This document shows positions 1 through 8,902 of a stretch of 25,727 bases of DNA, piece after piece; the first letter of the stretch is position 1, and every line of letters starts with the position of its first letter. The notes under the pieces were generated by a model. It was not told where the DNA came from. It ran no database searches and saw nothing but the letters and a program-made list of their open reading frames with translations. Location: positions 1-25,727 of IMG/VR virus record IMGVR_UViG_3300032233_002494. The stretch is one strand, 5' to 3'. The DNA comes from a virus (taxonomy: Duplodnaviria > Caudoviricetes). The translations under genes and the position numbers were made by a program.

Positions 1-1
1 A

Positions 2-217
2 CTTCAGGGAACACAAGGTACTCAAGGATCTCAAGGACTTCAGGGTACTCAAGGTGTCCAAGGTCTCAGTAATCAAGGTGCTCAAGGAACACAAGGACTT
101 CAGGGAACACAAGGTACTCAAGGTGTCCAAGGTGTCCAAGGTCTCAGTAATCAAGGTGCTCAAGGAACACAAGCACTTCAGGGTACTCAAGGATCTGGAG
201 TGCAAGGATTGCAGGGC
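2..217 (+). repeat. Collagen-like (G-X-Q)n coding repeat with a 46-bp exact direct repeat
   Basis: 9-bp units of the type caaggNNNN. 50-95 is identical to 128-173 (78-bp period). Confidence 0.9.
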
Positions 218-1468
218 CCAGCAGGAAGCGGTGGTGGTTCTTCACTAAGTATTTCCACATCAACTTCAAGCACTCCACAATTTATAACTTTTGTTTCAAG
301 TGCATCTACAACTTCTATTGGAATTACTAATTCTAATCTGACATTTATTCCTTCAAGTGGTTCTTTGGGTATAGGAACCACAAATCCAGTAGGACAACTG
401 CAAGTATCTACTGGTCCTGTGATTATTGGAACAGCAATCTCAACAGGAACAGCATCACAAAGACTTCAAGTGACTGGCGGTGCCTATGTTTCTGGTTTTG
501 TTGGTTTGGGAACCACAAATCCTCAATATATTCTTACAGTTAGTGATACTGGAACTCCTGCCACCACTGGACTTACAAATTGTCTTGCCGACTTTACAAC
601 AACTGCAAATAGTTATGGACAGATTAATTTAAGAAATACAAGCACTGGAACAAATGCTTCTTCTGATATCATTGTTACTGCAGATACTGGAAATGATACT
701 ACCAATTTTGTTGATCTGGGTATCAATAATAGTGGATTCTCTGTGGGTTCCTGGACGATTAATGGTCCAACTGATGGATACTTATATACATCAAGTACAA
801 ATCTATCAATTGGCGTCGCGGCCGCAGGTAAGTATCTTTCATTTTTCACTGGTGGTACATTAATCTCTAACGAAAAACTGAGAATTAATGACATTGGTGT
901 TGGTATTGGAACCACAAATCCACAGGCAACTCTACAAGTTGGTACTGGAATTACAATGTATGGTTCCACAGGAATCGTAAGCGCAGTTTCATATCGTGGT
1001 GATGGTTCTCAATTAACCGGTGTTTCTGGTGGAGTAACAGTAACTGATGATACTGCAACAAATGCAACTCGTTATGTTCTATTTAATGATGTTACAAGTG
1101 GAACTATTACTGGAGTAAATGTATCGTCATCAAAACTTAGATTCAATCCATCCTCAGGAACACTCTCCGCAACTGTATTTACTTCTCTGTCTGATCAAAC
1201 TCAAAAAACTAATGTAAGACCAGTCACTAATGCTATAGAATTGGTAAATCAAATGAGAGGAGTTTATTATGATTGGATTGATAATCACAATAAAGGTTCG
1301 GTTGGTGTAATCGCACAAGAAATGGAGCAAATTTTACCTCAAGTAGTTACAAAAGATCCAAATGGACTTAAATCAGTTTCTTATGGAAATATTGTTGGAG
1401 TTTTAATTGAAGCAATCAAAGAACAACAAATTCGTATTGAAGAATTGGAGAAAAAAATAAATGCCTAA
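2..1468 (+). CDS. Tail/virion fibre protein (5'-truncated): collagen-like G-X-Q repeats, fibre repeats, C-terminal peptidase S74-type intramolecular chaperone
   Basis: The frame of ORF 200..1468 stays open back to base 2 (LQGTQGTQGSQG...), so the gene starts upstream of the window. It has three G(I/L)GTTNP fibre motifs. The C-terminus SDQTQKTNV...GVIAQE...VSYGNIVGVLIEAIKEQQ matches the S74 chaperone pattern, with the predicted autocleavage Ser at 1190-1192. Confidence 0.88.
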   Translation, partial: LQGTQGTQGSQGLQGTQGVQGLSNQGAQGTQGLQGTQGTQGVQGVQGLSNQGAQGTQALQGTQGSGVQGLQGPAGSGGGSSLSISTSTSSTPQFITFVSSASTTSIGITNSNLTFIPSSGSLGIGTTNPVGQLQVSTGPVIIGTAISTGTASQRLQVTGGAYVSGFVGLGTTNPQYILTVSDTGTPATTGLTNCLADFTTTANSYGQINLRNTSTGTNASSDIIVTADTGNDTTNFVDLGINNSGFSVGSWTINGPTDGYLYTSSTNLSIGVAAAGKYLSFFTGGTLISNEKLRINDIGVGIGTTNPQATLQVGTGITMYGSTGIVSAVSYRGDGSQLTGVSGGVTVTDDTATNATRYVLFNDVTSGTITGVNVSSSKLRFNPSSGTLSATVFTSLSDQTQKTNVRPVTNAIELVNQMRGVYYDWIDNHNKGSVGVIAQEMEQILPQVVTKDPNGLKSVSYGNIVGVLIEAIKEQQIRIEELEKKINA

Positions 1469-2651
1469 TCAATTTACATCCAGTGTATATGGAGATTTAG
1501 AAACATATTTTCTAACTGATTATGCTCTATTGGATCAGTATATTGGGGATACTTTATGGTCTTGGGGTAATAATTCTTTTGGTCAAATTGGGGACAATAC
1601 TACCACAAATAGAATTACACCAGTTACAACACTTCTAGGTGGAACCAATTGGAAATCCATTGTTGGTGGAAGGTTTCATACAGTAGCACTCAAGACTGAT
1701 GGAACTTTATGGTCTTGGGGTAATAATTCTCAGGGGCAACTTGGAATCAATAATACTACAGTTAAAAGCACTCCAGTTACAACACTTCTAGGTGGAACCA
1801 ATTGGAAATCCATTGCTACTGGTACAGGTAGTCATACAGTAGCACTTAAGACTGATGGATCATTATGGACTTGGGGTTATAATATTAGTGGACAATTAGG
1901 AGTCAATGATAATACACAAAGAAATACTCCAGTTACAACACTTTTGGGTGGAACCAATTGGAAATCCATTGCTGGTGGAAGGTTTCATACGGTAGCACTC
2001 AAGACTGATGGAACCTTATGGTCTTGGGGTGATAATTCTTTTGGTCAACTTGCAGTTAATGATACTACATCTAGAAGTACACCAGTTACAACACTTCTAG
2101 GTGGAACCAATTGGAAATCCATTGCTACTGGAGGTTATCGAGTAATCGCACTCAAGACTGATGGATCATTATGGTCTTGGGGTCGTAATTTTGAAGGTCA
2201 AATTGGAGACAATACTACCACACATAGAAGTACACCAGTTACAACACTTCTAGGTGGAACCAATTGGAAATCCATTGCTGGTGGATATGCTCATACGGTA
2301 GCACTTAAGAGTGATGGATCATTATGGTCTTGGGGTTCTAATGTTTCTGGTCAACTTGCAGTTAATGATACTACATCTAGAAGCACTCCAGTTACAACAC
2401 TTCTAGGTGGAACCAATTGGAAATCCATTGCTGCTGGTAAAAATCCGAGTGGTAGTACAATTGCACTCAAGACTGATGGGACCTTATGGTCTTGGGGTGA
2501 TAATATTAGTGGACAACTAGGAATCAATGATACTACAACTAGACTCACTCCAGTTACGACACTTTTAGGTGGAACCAATTGGAAATCCGTCGATGGTGGG
2601 TATAATCATACAATCGCATTGACAGCAGGACAATCAGTAGATTTTTCATAA
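1461..2651 (+). CDS. RCC1/BLIP-II-type 7-bladed beta-propeller protein (RCC1-A)
   Basis: Seven ~51-aa repeats LWSWGxNxxGQLG...TPVTTLLGGTNWKSI...HTVALKTDG. The start overlaps the fibre gene stop by 8 bp. Confidence 0.92.
   Translation: MPNQFTSSVYGDLETYFLTDYALLDQYIGDTLWSWGNNSFGQIGDNTTTNRITPVTTLLGGTNWKSIVGGRFHTVALKTDGTLWSWGNNSQGQLGINNTTVKSTPVTTLLGGTNWKSIATGTGSHTVALKTDGSLWTWGYNISGQLGVNDNTQRNTPVTTLLGGTNWKSIAGGRFHTVALKTDGTLWSWGDNSFGQLAVNDTTSRSTPVTTLLGGTNWKSIATGGYRVIALKTDGSLWSWGRNFEGQIGDNTTTHRSTPVTTLLGGTNWKSIAGGYAHTVALKSDGSLWSWGSNVSGQLAVNDTTSRSTPVTTLLGGTNWKSIAAGKNPSGSTIALKTDGTLWSWGDNISGQLGINDTTTRLTPVTTLLGGTNWKSVDGGYNHTIALTAGQSVDFS
1554..2621 (+). repeat. Tandem ~153-bp coding repeats (7 copies)
   Basis: The core ccagttacaacacttctaggtggaaccaattggaaatccattg recurs almost unchanged in each unit. 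Confidence 0.92.
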
Positions 2652-2654
2652 ATA
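2647..2654 (+). promoter_or_regulatory. T4-type late promoter (CATAAATA)
   Basis: Close match to TATAAATA. Overlaps the RCC1-A stop and lies 12 bp before the ATG at 2667. Confidence 0.6.
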
Positions 2655-2666
2655 CTTCAAAAAACT

Positions 2667-3350
2667 ATGTACGCACTTATTCATAATTCACAATTGATTT
2701 TGGGTCCAATTCAATATAATTATCGTTTGATTAATTCTGATCTGGAGGAACTTGATATTGAAAGTAGAGTATCTCCAAGAGATTATGAAAATATTCCAAT
2801 TGAACTTGATAGTGCCACAGAAACTTTTTTACTTCCTGTTGTTGAAATTATTCCACCTTACGATCCAAGATTTCAAGGAATTGGAAATTTTGAATGGAGT
2901 ATTATTAAGGAAAATGATATTCCAATTAGAGTTGAAATGTCATATTCAATTAATGACAAATCACTAGAACAAATTAAAGAAGAATATAGAAGACAAGTAT
3001 CACCAATTCGTAAAGAAAAGGAAAATACGACGATTGAAATACAACTAAATGGGTCTAGTGTTTTAGTTTCAACAAATCGTGAAGATAGACTATCTTTTGT
3101 GAGTAAATTGATGGCATCTCCTGGAGCGCATAATTTTAAGTTTGGTGGTGGTACATGGTTAGAAATCACTACTACTGAACTTGAATATATTATTTCTCAA
3201 ATTGATTTAAAAGTACAAGAAGCATTTGATTGGGAATATCAAAAACTTCAAGAAATTGATGCGTGTACTACTGGTGAAGAAGTTTATAATGTAGTATTAA
3301 TAGAACCTCAAGGAGTGGAGAATTCAAATGCCTTACCAACCAGTAACTAA
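2667..3350 (+). CDS. DUF4376-like protein, probable tail fibre accessory/assembly factor
   Basis: The C-terminal half (IKEEYRRQV..IRKEKE...WLEITTTEL...VQEAFDWE...EIDAC) resembles DUF4376, which is typically found next to phage fibre genes. Confidence 0.6.
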   Translation: MYALIHNSQLILGPIQYNYRLINSDLEELDIESRVSPRDYENIPIELDSATETFLLPVVEIIPPYDPRFQGIGNFEWSIIKENDIPIRVEMSYSINDKSLEQIKEEYRRQVSPIRKEKENTTIEIQLNGSSVLVSTNREDRLSFVSKLMASPGAHNFKFGGGTWLEITTTELEYIISQIDLKVQEAFDWEYQKLQEIDACTTGEEVYNVVLIEPQGVENSNALPTSN

Positions 3351-4560
3351 TTTTGTAGATAGTGGTGGTGGTGATTTAGGTAAAAATTTAATCACAAAAG
3401 ATTATTTTTTAACCGTTTATCCAGAAATATTAAATTCTTTGGGCAATTCTGGATTAATAGTAACTCCTGAATTGTGGTCTTGGGGTTATAATTTTTATGG
3501 AAATTTAGGAGACAACACTAATACATTTAGAAGTACTCCAGTCAAAACAATACTTCAAAGTGGTAATTGGAAATCTATTGCTAGTCAAAGGTATCATACG
3601 GTAGCACTCAAGACTGATGGAACTTTGTGGTCTTGGGGTTATAATCAAAATGGTCAATTAGGTAATTTTAGTAGTGGATCTACTGCATCTAGAAGCACTC
3701 CAGTCACAACACTTCTAGGTGGAACCAATTGGAAATCAATTGCTAGTGGATATGCTCATACGGTAGCACTCAAGACTGATGGAACTTTATGGACTTGGGG
3801 TGATAATTTTTATGGTCAATTGGGAGTCAATAATAATACATCTAGAAGCACTCCAGTTACAACACTTCTAGGTGGAACCAATTGGAAATCCATTGCTAGT
3901 GGATATGGACATATTGTAGCACTCAAGACTGATGGATCATTGTGGACTTGGGGTCGTAATAGTTATGGAAATCTGGGAGACAATACTACCACACATAGAA
4001 GTACACCAGTTACAACACTTCTAGGTGGAACCAATTGGAAATCCATTGCTTGTGGAAACAAAAGACATACAATAGCACTTAAGACTGATGGATCATTATG
4101 GTCTTGGGGTGCCAATTTTGAGGGACAACTTGGAATCAATGATAATACATCTAGAAGCACTCCAGTTACAACACTTTTAGGTGGATTTACTTGGAAATCC
4201 ATTGCTGGTGGAGGTTATTATACAGTAGCACTCAAGACTAATGGATCATTATGGTCTTGGGGTGCCAATTTTGATGGACAACTTGGAATCAATGATACTA
4301 TATCTAAAAGTACTCCAGTTACAACACTTTTAGGTGGAACCAATTGGAAATCCATTGCTTGTGGAAATGCTCATACAGTAGCACTCAAGACTGATGGAAC
4401 TTTATGGTCTTGGGGTGGCAATTCAAATGGACAACTAGGAGTCAATAACACTACATCTAGAAACACTCCAGTTACAACACTTCTAGGTGGAACCTATTGG
4501 AAATCAATTGCTTGTGGAAATGCCCATACGGTAGCAATTCAATCTGTAGATTATATCTAA
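3328..4560 (+). CDS. RCC1-type 7-bladed beta-propeller protein (RCC1-B)
   Basis: Seven RCC1 repeats with the same framework as RCC1-A and a distinct 48-aa N-terminus. Confidence 0.92.
   Translation: MPYQPVTNFVDSGGGDLGKNLITKDYFLTVYPEILNSLGNSGLIVTPELWSWGYNFYGNLGDNTNTFRSTPVKTILQSGNWKSIASQRYHTVALKTDGTLWSWGYNQNGQLGNFSSGSTASRSTPVTTLLGGTNWKSIASGYAHTVALKTDGTLWTWGDNFYGQLGVNNNTSRSTPVTTLLGGTNWKSIASGYGHIVALKTDGSLWTWGRNSYGNLGDNTTTHRSTPVTTLLGGTNWKSIACGNKRHTIALKTDGSLWSWGANFEGQLGINDNTSRSTPVTTLLGGFTWKSIAGGGYYTVALKTNGSLWSWGANFDGQLGINDTISKSTPVTTLLGGTNWKSIACGNAHTVALKTDGTLWSWGGNSNGQLGVNNTTSRNTPVTTLLGGTYWKSIACGNAHTVAIQSVDYI
3472..4539 (+). repeat. Tandem ~153-bp coding repeats (7 copies), shared with RCC1-A
   Basis: Same nucleotide core as 1554-2621. 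3976-4050 is identical to 2205-2279. Confidence 0.92.
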
Positions 4561-4563
4561 ATA
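4556..4563 (+). promoter_or_regulatory. T4-type late promoter (TCTAAATA)
   Basis: CTAAATA variant overlapping the RCC1-B stop, 21 bp upstream of ATG 4585. Confidence 0.55.
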
Positions 4564-4584
4564 CTTTAAAATACATTATTTTAT

Positions 4585-5922
4585 ATGAACCCTCTTGAGT
4601 TGGTCTCTAAGACATTATATTCTTTTAATGAAAAGGAATTAACATATCAACTTTTAGATGCTTTTGGAAAAAAAGCAGAAACTTTTCAACAATATAATGA
4701 AGTAGCAAAAATATTTTTTGAAATTAAAAATTTTTCAAAAGCAATTGAATATGGTGAAAATGCATTAAAAAATGCATTACTACAAGAAGAAAAACATGTA
4801 ACTTCTAAGAATTTAATTAGTGCTTACAATCAATGCAATTATCCAGAAAAAGCAATCACTCAAATTGAAAAGTGTAAAAAAATTACACCAAACGATCCAG
4901 AACTTTTATTTGAAGAAACCATATCTTATTCGCAACTAGGGCAAACAGAAAAGGCACATAAACTTTTGTTTAATCTTTCAAAAAGAAAAAATTTACCAGA
5001 AGAAGTAGAAAAAAAAGTACAACACAATCTATCTGGATATTATTTTGATAAAGATGATTTGCACACAGCACTTTCACATTTTTTGATTGAAACTGAGAAT
5101 GAAGCATATAAAAATATTCAATTACCATCTATTGAAAAGTGGAATGGTATCATTGAAGAAAATCGAACTATTATAATTGATGCAAATTGTGGTGCTGGTG
5201 ATGAAGTGATGCATGTTCGTTTTATGAAAAATTTAAAAGAACTTGGAATGAAACCAATTTGGGCAACTACAAGAAAACATCTATCAGAAATTTTTAATTA
5301 TAATGGATTTGAATCTGTTTGTATTTGGGATAAACCAGAATATCCAAAAGATAGTACATGGGTTTATGCTCTTTCTCTTCCGTATCATCTCAATCTTACA
5401 GTTCATGATTTGGGAAGAACTCCATATCTAAAACCACTTCCAGAAAAGGAAGAAAAATATTCATATCTTCAAAAAGATAAAAAGTTTAAGATTGGTATGT
5501 TTTGGAATTCAGACTCTGGATTTGAACAGGCACATTTTAGAAGTGTAGATTTCTTTGATTTGTGGAATGTAGTACATAAACCAGAATATTCGCTTTACTC
5601 TTTACAGATGAGTGATAATCCAGTTCCAGAAACTTGTAAAAATGATATTATAGAGTTTCATTCAAAAGACAGAGAGTTTGCTGATACTTTTTCGATCATT
5701 AATCAAATGGATTTGGTGATTACTTCTTGCACTTCTATTGCCCATATTGCAGCTTCAATTGGAAAAGAAGTCTGCGTTTTTGTTCCTATTATGGAATATT
5801 ATTCTTGGACAAGTTTAACAGGAAAATCTTGGTGGTATGGTGATAATGTTCACTTATTTAAACAAAAGAAACCAAGAGATTGGAGTCATCCACTTAAGGA
5901 ATTGGGAGAATTTTTGAATTAA
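4585..5922 (+). CDS. TPR-repeat protein with C-terminal GT-B (GT9/heptosyltransferase-like) glycosyltransferase domain
   Basis: Helical TPR-like N-terminus. GAGDEVMHVRF and DLVITSCTSIAHIAASIGKEV match the GxGD...RF and DLVIsvDTavaHLAgalG motifs of TPR-GT9-like proteins. Confidence 0.75.
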   Translation: MNPLELVSKTLYSFNEKELTYQLLDAFGKKAETFQQYNEVAKIFFEIKNFSKAIEYGENALKNALLQEEKHVTSKNLISAYNQCNYPEKAITQIEKCKKITPNDPELLFEETISYSQLGQTEKAHKLLFNLSKRKNLPEEVEKKVQHNLSGYYFDKDDLHTALSHFLIETENEAYKNIQLPSIEKWNGIIEENRTIIIDANCGAGDEVMHVRFMKNLKELGMKPIWATTRKHLSEIFNYNGFESVCIWDKPEYPKDSTWVYALSLPYHLNLTVHDLGRTPYLKPLPEKEEKYSYLQKDKKFKIGMFWNSDSGFEQAHFRSVDFFDLWNVVHKPEYSLYSLQMSDNPVPETCKNDIIEFHSKDREFADTFSIINQMDLVITSCTSIAHIAASIGKEVCVFVPIMEYYSWTSLTGKSWWYGDNVHLFKQKKPRDWSHPLKELGEFLN

Positions 5923-5924
5923 TT

Positions 5925-6617
5925 ATGAAATTTCATACTTTTTGTACAGATAATATTCCGAGTTCTTTAATTAATCAGCATTCTGAATGTTGTAAAAAAT
6001 TAAATATAGAAATTGAATATCATTATGTTTCTTATGAAAATAATTTTCTAAGAATATATGAACAACATGGAGAATTTATGACTCTATTGATGAAATATTC
6101 TTCAGAAGATGTTGTATGTTTTTTAGATTTGGATTGTATACCTCATGATAGAGATGTATTACAAAAATCTTATGATTGGGTAAAAGAAAATAAATCCTTT
6201 TGTGGAAATGCTCAAAATGTATCTCATACTAAAATGAGAAATCATGTTTATGCTGGTGCTTCTACACTAATGATCCATAAAGAATGTTGGGAACATTTGG
6301 GAAGTCCAAATATGTCTTGTGTTTTTGAAAATAATCTTACTCAAATAGATACTGCACAGTTATTAACTTTGCGGGCAGATCAATGTGGATTTTCATATCG
6401 TCTCTTTTATCCTATAGGATATGATGGACCAGAAGAATATGAATTATCTGGATATGGTAAATATGGTAGGGGAACACTATATCCTGCTACTTATCATTTT
6501 TTTGCTCTAACTGAATGTCTGGATAATATTCCCGATCTTTGGACAAAAAGAGTAGAAAATATATTAAACAATCAAAAAATTATTCCAAATTATTATTCTT
6601 CTTTTTATGGATTATAA
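5925..6617 (+). CDS. Putative GT-A fold glycosyltransferase
   Basis: DxD motif in VCFLDLDCIP, within a glycosyltransferase cluster. Confidence 0.55.
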   Translation: MKFHTFCTDNIPSSLINQHSECCKKLNIEIEYHYVSYENNFLRIYEQHGEFMTLLMKYSSEDVVCFLDLDCIPHDRDVLQKSYDWVKENKSFCGNAQNVSHTKMRNHVYAGASTLMIHKECWEHLGSPNMSCVFENNLTQIDTAQLLTLRADQCGFSYRLFYPIGYDGPEEYELSGYGKYGRGTLYPATYHFFALTECLDNIPDLWTKRVENILNNQKIIPNYYSSFYGL

Positions 6618-7392
6618 ATTTTTATTTTTAGTTGGATCTTCTATTGAACATTTTGTGGAAGAACATTTTAGTCGTTATACTATGGAACAAAGATTCTTTC
6701 AGACCTTGGATACGATTGAATCTATAAGAACAAAAGTTCCCAATGCTTATATTTGTTTATTTGAATGTTCTTATCGACCTATTTCTGATGAATACAAAAC
6801 AATTCTTCAAGAAAAGGTGGATTTATTTTTAGAGTTCTATGATGAACCCGGAATCAAAATTCTTTATGAAAATTTCTCAAAAAAACAAGAACTCATTACT
6901 TTTGGTAAATCTTTATTAGAAACTAGAGGTATTCTAAATTGTTTATATCTACTGAAAGAAAAACAAATTTTTACTGATGTAAATAGAATTTTTAAATTGA
7001 CAGGAAGATATACCTTAAATGAAGATTTTCATATTCAAGATTATGAGAGTAAGTTATTAGAAAATTATTATATAGCAAAAACTTATACATATTTGGATGA
7101 AGAGAAAAAAATTATGAAAATTGATGATTTGGAAAATATCTATGCCTATCTTTATCATGCTGAAGGAATGATAGTAACTGGATTATGGTCTTTTGATAGA
7201 ATGTTATTTTCTGAAACAATAGAGGCATTGGAAAGAAGTTTTGTATATCTTGAAAAAATGATACAATACACTACTGGAAATGATATTGAACACGCACTCT
7301 ATAGGTTTTTAGATAAGAAAAAAATTATTCATACACCAAATCTTGGATTAAATGTAAATAAAGGAATGGAGACTGCTAATTATTCAATATGA
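6607..7392 (+). CDS. Hypothetical protein, possibly glycosyltransferase-related
   Basis: 261-aa ORF overlapping both neighbours. The IFKLTGRY motif is one I recognise from viral/bacterial glycan clusters. Confidence 0.5.
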   Translation: MDYKFLFLVGSSIEHFVEEHFSRYTMEQRFFQTLDTIESIRTKVPNAYICLFECSYRPISDEYKTILQEKVDLFLEFYDEPGIKILYENFSKKQELITFGKSLLETRGILNCLYLLKEKQIFTDVNRIFKLTGRYTLNEDFHIQDYESKLLENYYIAKTYTYLDEEKKIMKIDDLENIYAYLYHAEGMIVTGLWSFDRMLFSETIEALERSFVYLEKMIQYTTGNDIEHALYRFLDKKKIIHTPNLGLNVNKGMETANYSI

Positions 7393-8234
7393 AAGTAATT
7401 GATAGTTTTACATTTTTTAATGAAGTTGAGTTACTTAAACTTCGTTTGTATTATTTGAATGATATTGTAGATTATTTTGTAATTTCTGAATCAAATTATA
7501 CTCATTCTGGAAAATCTAAACCATATTATTTGGATGAAATTTTAAATGAATTGCCTAAAAATATTTTAAGAAAAATAGTTAGGTTAAAATATGAACCAGA
7601 TATTACTGCCTTTAATTTTAAAACAAATATAAATTTTTATGATTTAGAAAATGATCATTGGAGATTAGAAAAACGGCAAAGAGATTTAATTACTCAAAGT
7701 CTTTCTAATTTTTCTTCAAATGATATTTTTATGTTGAGTGATTTGGATGAAATTCCAAATAAAAAAGTAATTGAAGAGTATAAGGAAGTATTTAACGAAT
7801 ATAAAAATAGTGAGACTATAAAAACATTTTGTTCTGTAGTAAAATGTATATTTTTTTATTATAATTTTAATACGGTTGGTGGAAATGATTGGAACGGAAC
7901 TGTAATATGTACTGTAGGTAATGCTATACAAATGACTTGCGATTATTTAAGATATCATAGGAATAATTTTTTTCCAATTCAAAATGGTGGATGGCATTTT
8001 TCAACTTTGGGAACTGTTGATAGAATTAAAACAAAAATACAATCTTTTGCCCATCAAGAATATAATAATGAAACTTTTATAAATGATTTAAATATTATAA
8101 ATTCAATTAAAAATAAAAAAGATATTTACCATAATAATACTGAACCATTTAATGAGTATAATTTCTTAGATTTTCCGGAAGACTTGAGAAATCACATTAT
8201 AAAAATATTTTCAAAAGAGTTTTATACAATATGA
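7389..8234 (+). CDS. Glycosyltransferase family 17 (beta-1,4-N-acetylglucosaminyltransferase-like)
   Basis: Motifs DSFTFFNEVELLKLRL, ESNYTHSG.SKP, LSDLDEIP, GGWHFS and KIQSFAHQE. Confidence 0.88.
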   Translation: MKVIDSFTFFNEVELLKLRLYYLNDIVDYFVISESNYTHSGKSKPYYLDEILNELPKNILRKIVRLKYEPDITAFNFKTNINFYDLENDHWRLEKRQRDLITQSLSNFSSNDIFMLSDLDEIPNKKVIEEYKEVFNEYKNSETIKTFCSVVKCIFFYYNFNTVGGNDWNGTVICTVGNAIQMTCDYLRYHRNNFFPIQNGGWHFSTLGTVDRIKTKIQSFAHQEYNNETFINDLNIINSIKNKKDIYHNNTEPFNEYNFLDFPEDLRNHIIKIFSKEFYTI

Positions 8235-8902
8235 AAATAGCAATCTTTTATCATATCGGACAAATTGGTCTTGGTGCCTTTATCTATCAGCAACAACTTC
8301 ATCGATTATATGCTTCTGGTTTGCTTGAAGAAGTAGATCATATTCATTTTGGTGTTAATGGGGATCAAAAACTTTTTAATGTTCCTAAAAAGGCAATTGT
8401 AAAAAGAAATACGAATTGGAAAGAAGAAACGGAAACTTTGATTGCTTTAAGAGATTTTGCTTTAGAAAATCCAGATTATAAAATTTTATATATTCATACA
8501 AAGGGAGCATCTAAAAATACTCTAGAATCTCAATCTTGGAGATTAATGATGGAATATTTTGTAATTGATCGATGGAAAGAGTGTGTAGAATATCTAAATG
8601 AATATGATTGTGTAGGTCAAACATGGACAGTTCTTGGGGATACTGTTTGGTCAAATGGTGACACTACTCCAAATGTTAATAATGTTGGACATTATCCTGG
8701 AAATTTTTGGTGGGCAAATGCATCTTATATTAATAAATTAGATCACCAATATTTGGAAACTGGTTATAGATTGGATAGAGAATTTTGGATTGGTACTGGA
8801 AGAAATTATAAATCAAAATCTTTAAATCCTTGGAAAAGTGATTTTTGTTTGAATAAAGATTTGAGTGATTATTATTTTTCAGAAATGGAGTATATAAAAT
8901 GA
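8231..8902 (+). CDS. Hypothetical protein, putative glycosyltransferase-like
   Basis: ILYIHTKG and HYPGNFWWA motifs. ATGA overlaps at both ends. Confidence 0.5.
   Translation: MKIAIFYHIGQIGLGAFIYQQQLHRLYASGLLEEVDHIHFGVNGDQKLFNVPKKAIVKRNTNWKEETETLIALRDFALENPDYKILYIHTKGASKNTLESQSWRLMMEYFVIDRWKECVEYLNEYDCVGQTWTVLGDTVWSNGDTTPNVNNVGHYPGNFWWANASYINKLDHQYLETGYRLDREFWIGTGRNYKSKSLNPWKSDFCLNKDLSDYYFSEMEYIK

Noticed and set aside
54-248. Alternative-frame repetitive ORF (KVSKVSVIKVLKEHK)
   Set aside because: It is an out-of-frame reading of the collagen repeat.
1646-1653. Palindrome CCAATTGG in most RCC1 repeats as a recombinase site
   Set aside because: It is fully explained by the codons for T-N-W, and no recombinase is in the window.
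1554-4539. RCC1 repeats as a CRISPR array
   Set aside because: The repeats are in-frame coding units of ~153 bp, the intervening segments are homologous to each other, and no cas genes are present.
1554-4539. Diversity-generating retroelement: the first variable codon after TGGGGT is always NNY (aat, tat, gat, cgt, tct, gcc, ggc), as A-to-N mutagenesis of AAY would give
   Set aside because: No reverse transcriptase or non-coding template repeat is in the window, other variable codons end in A/G, indels are present, and third-position T bias explains the pattern. It remains worth searching the rest of the genome for an RT.
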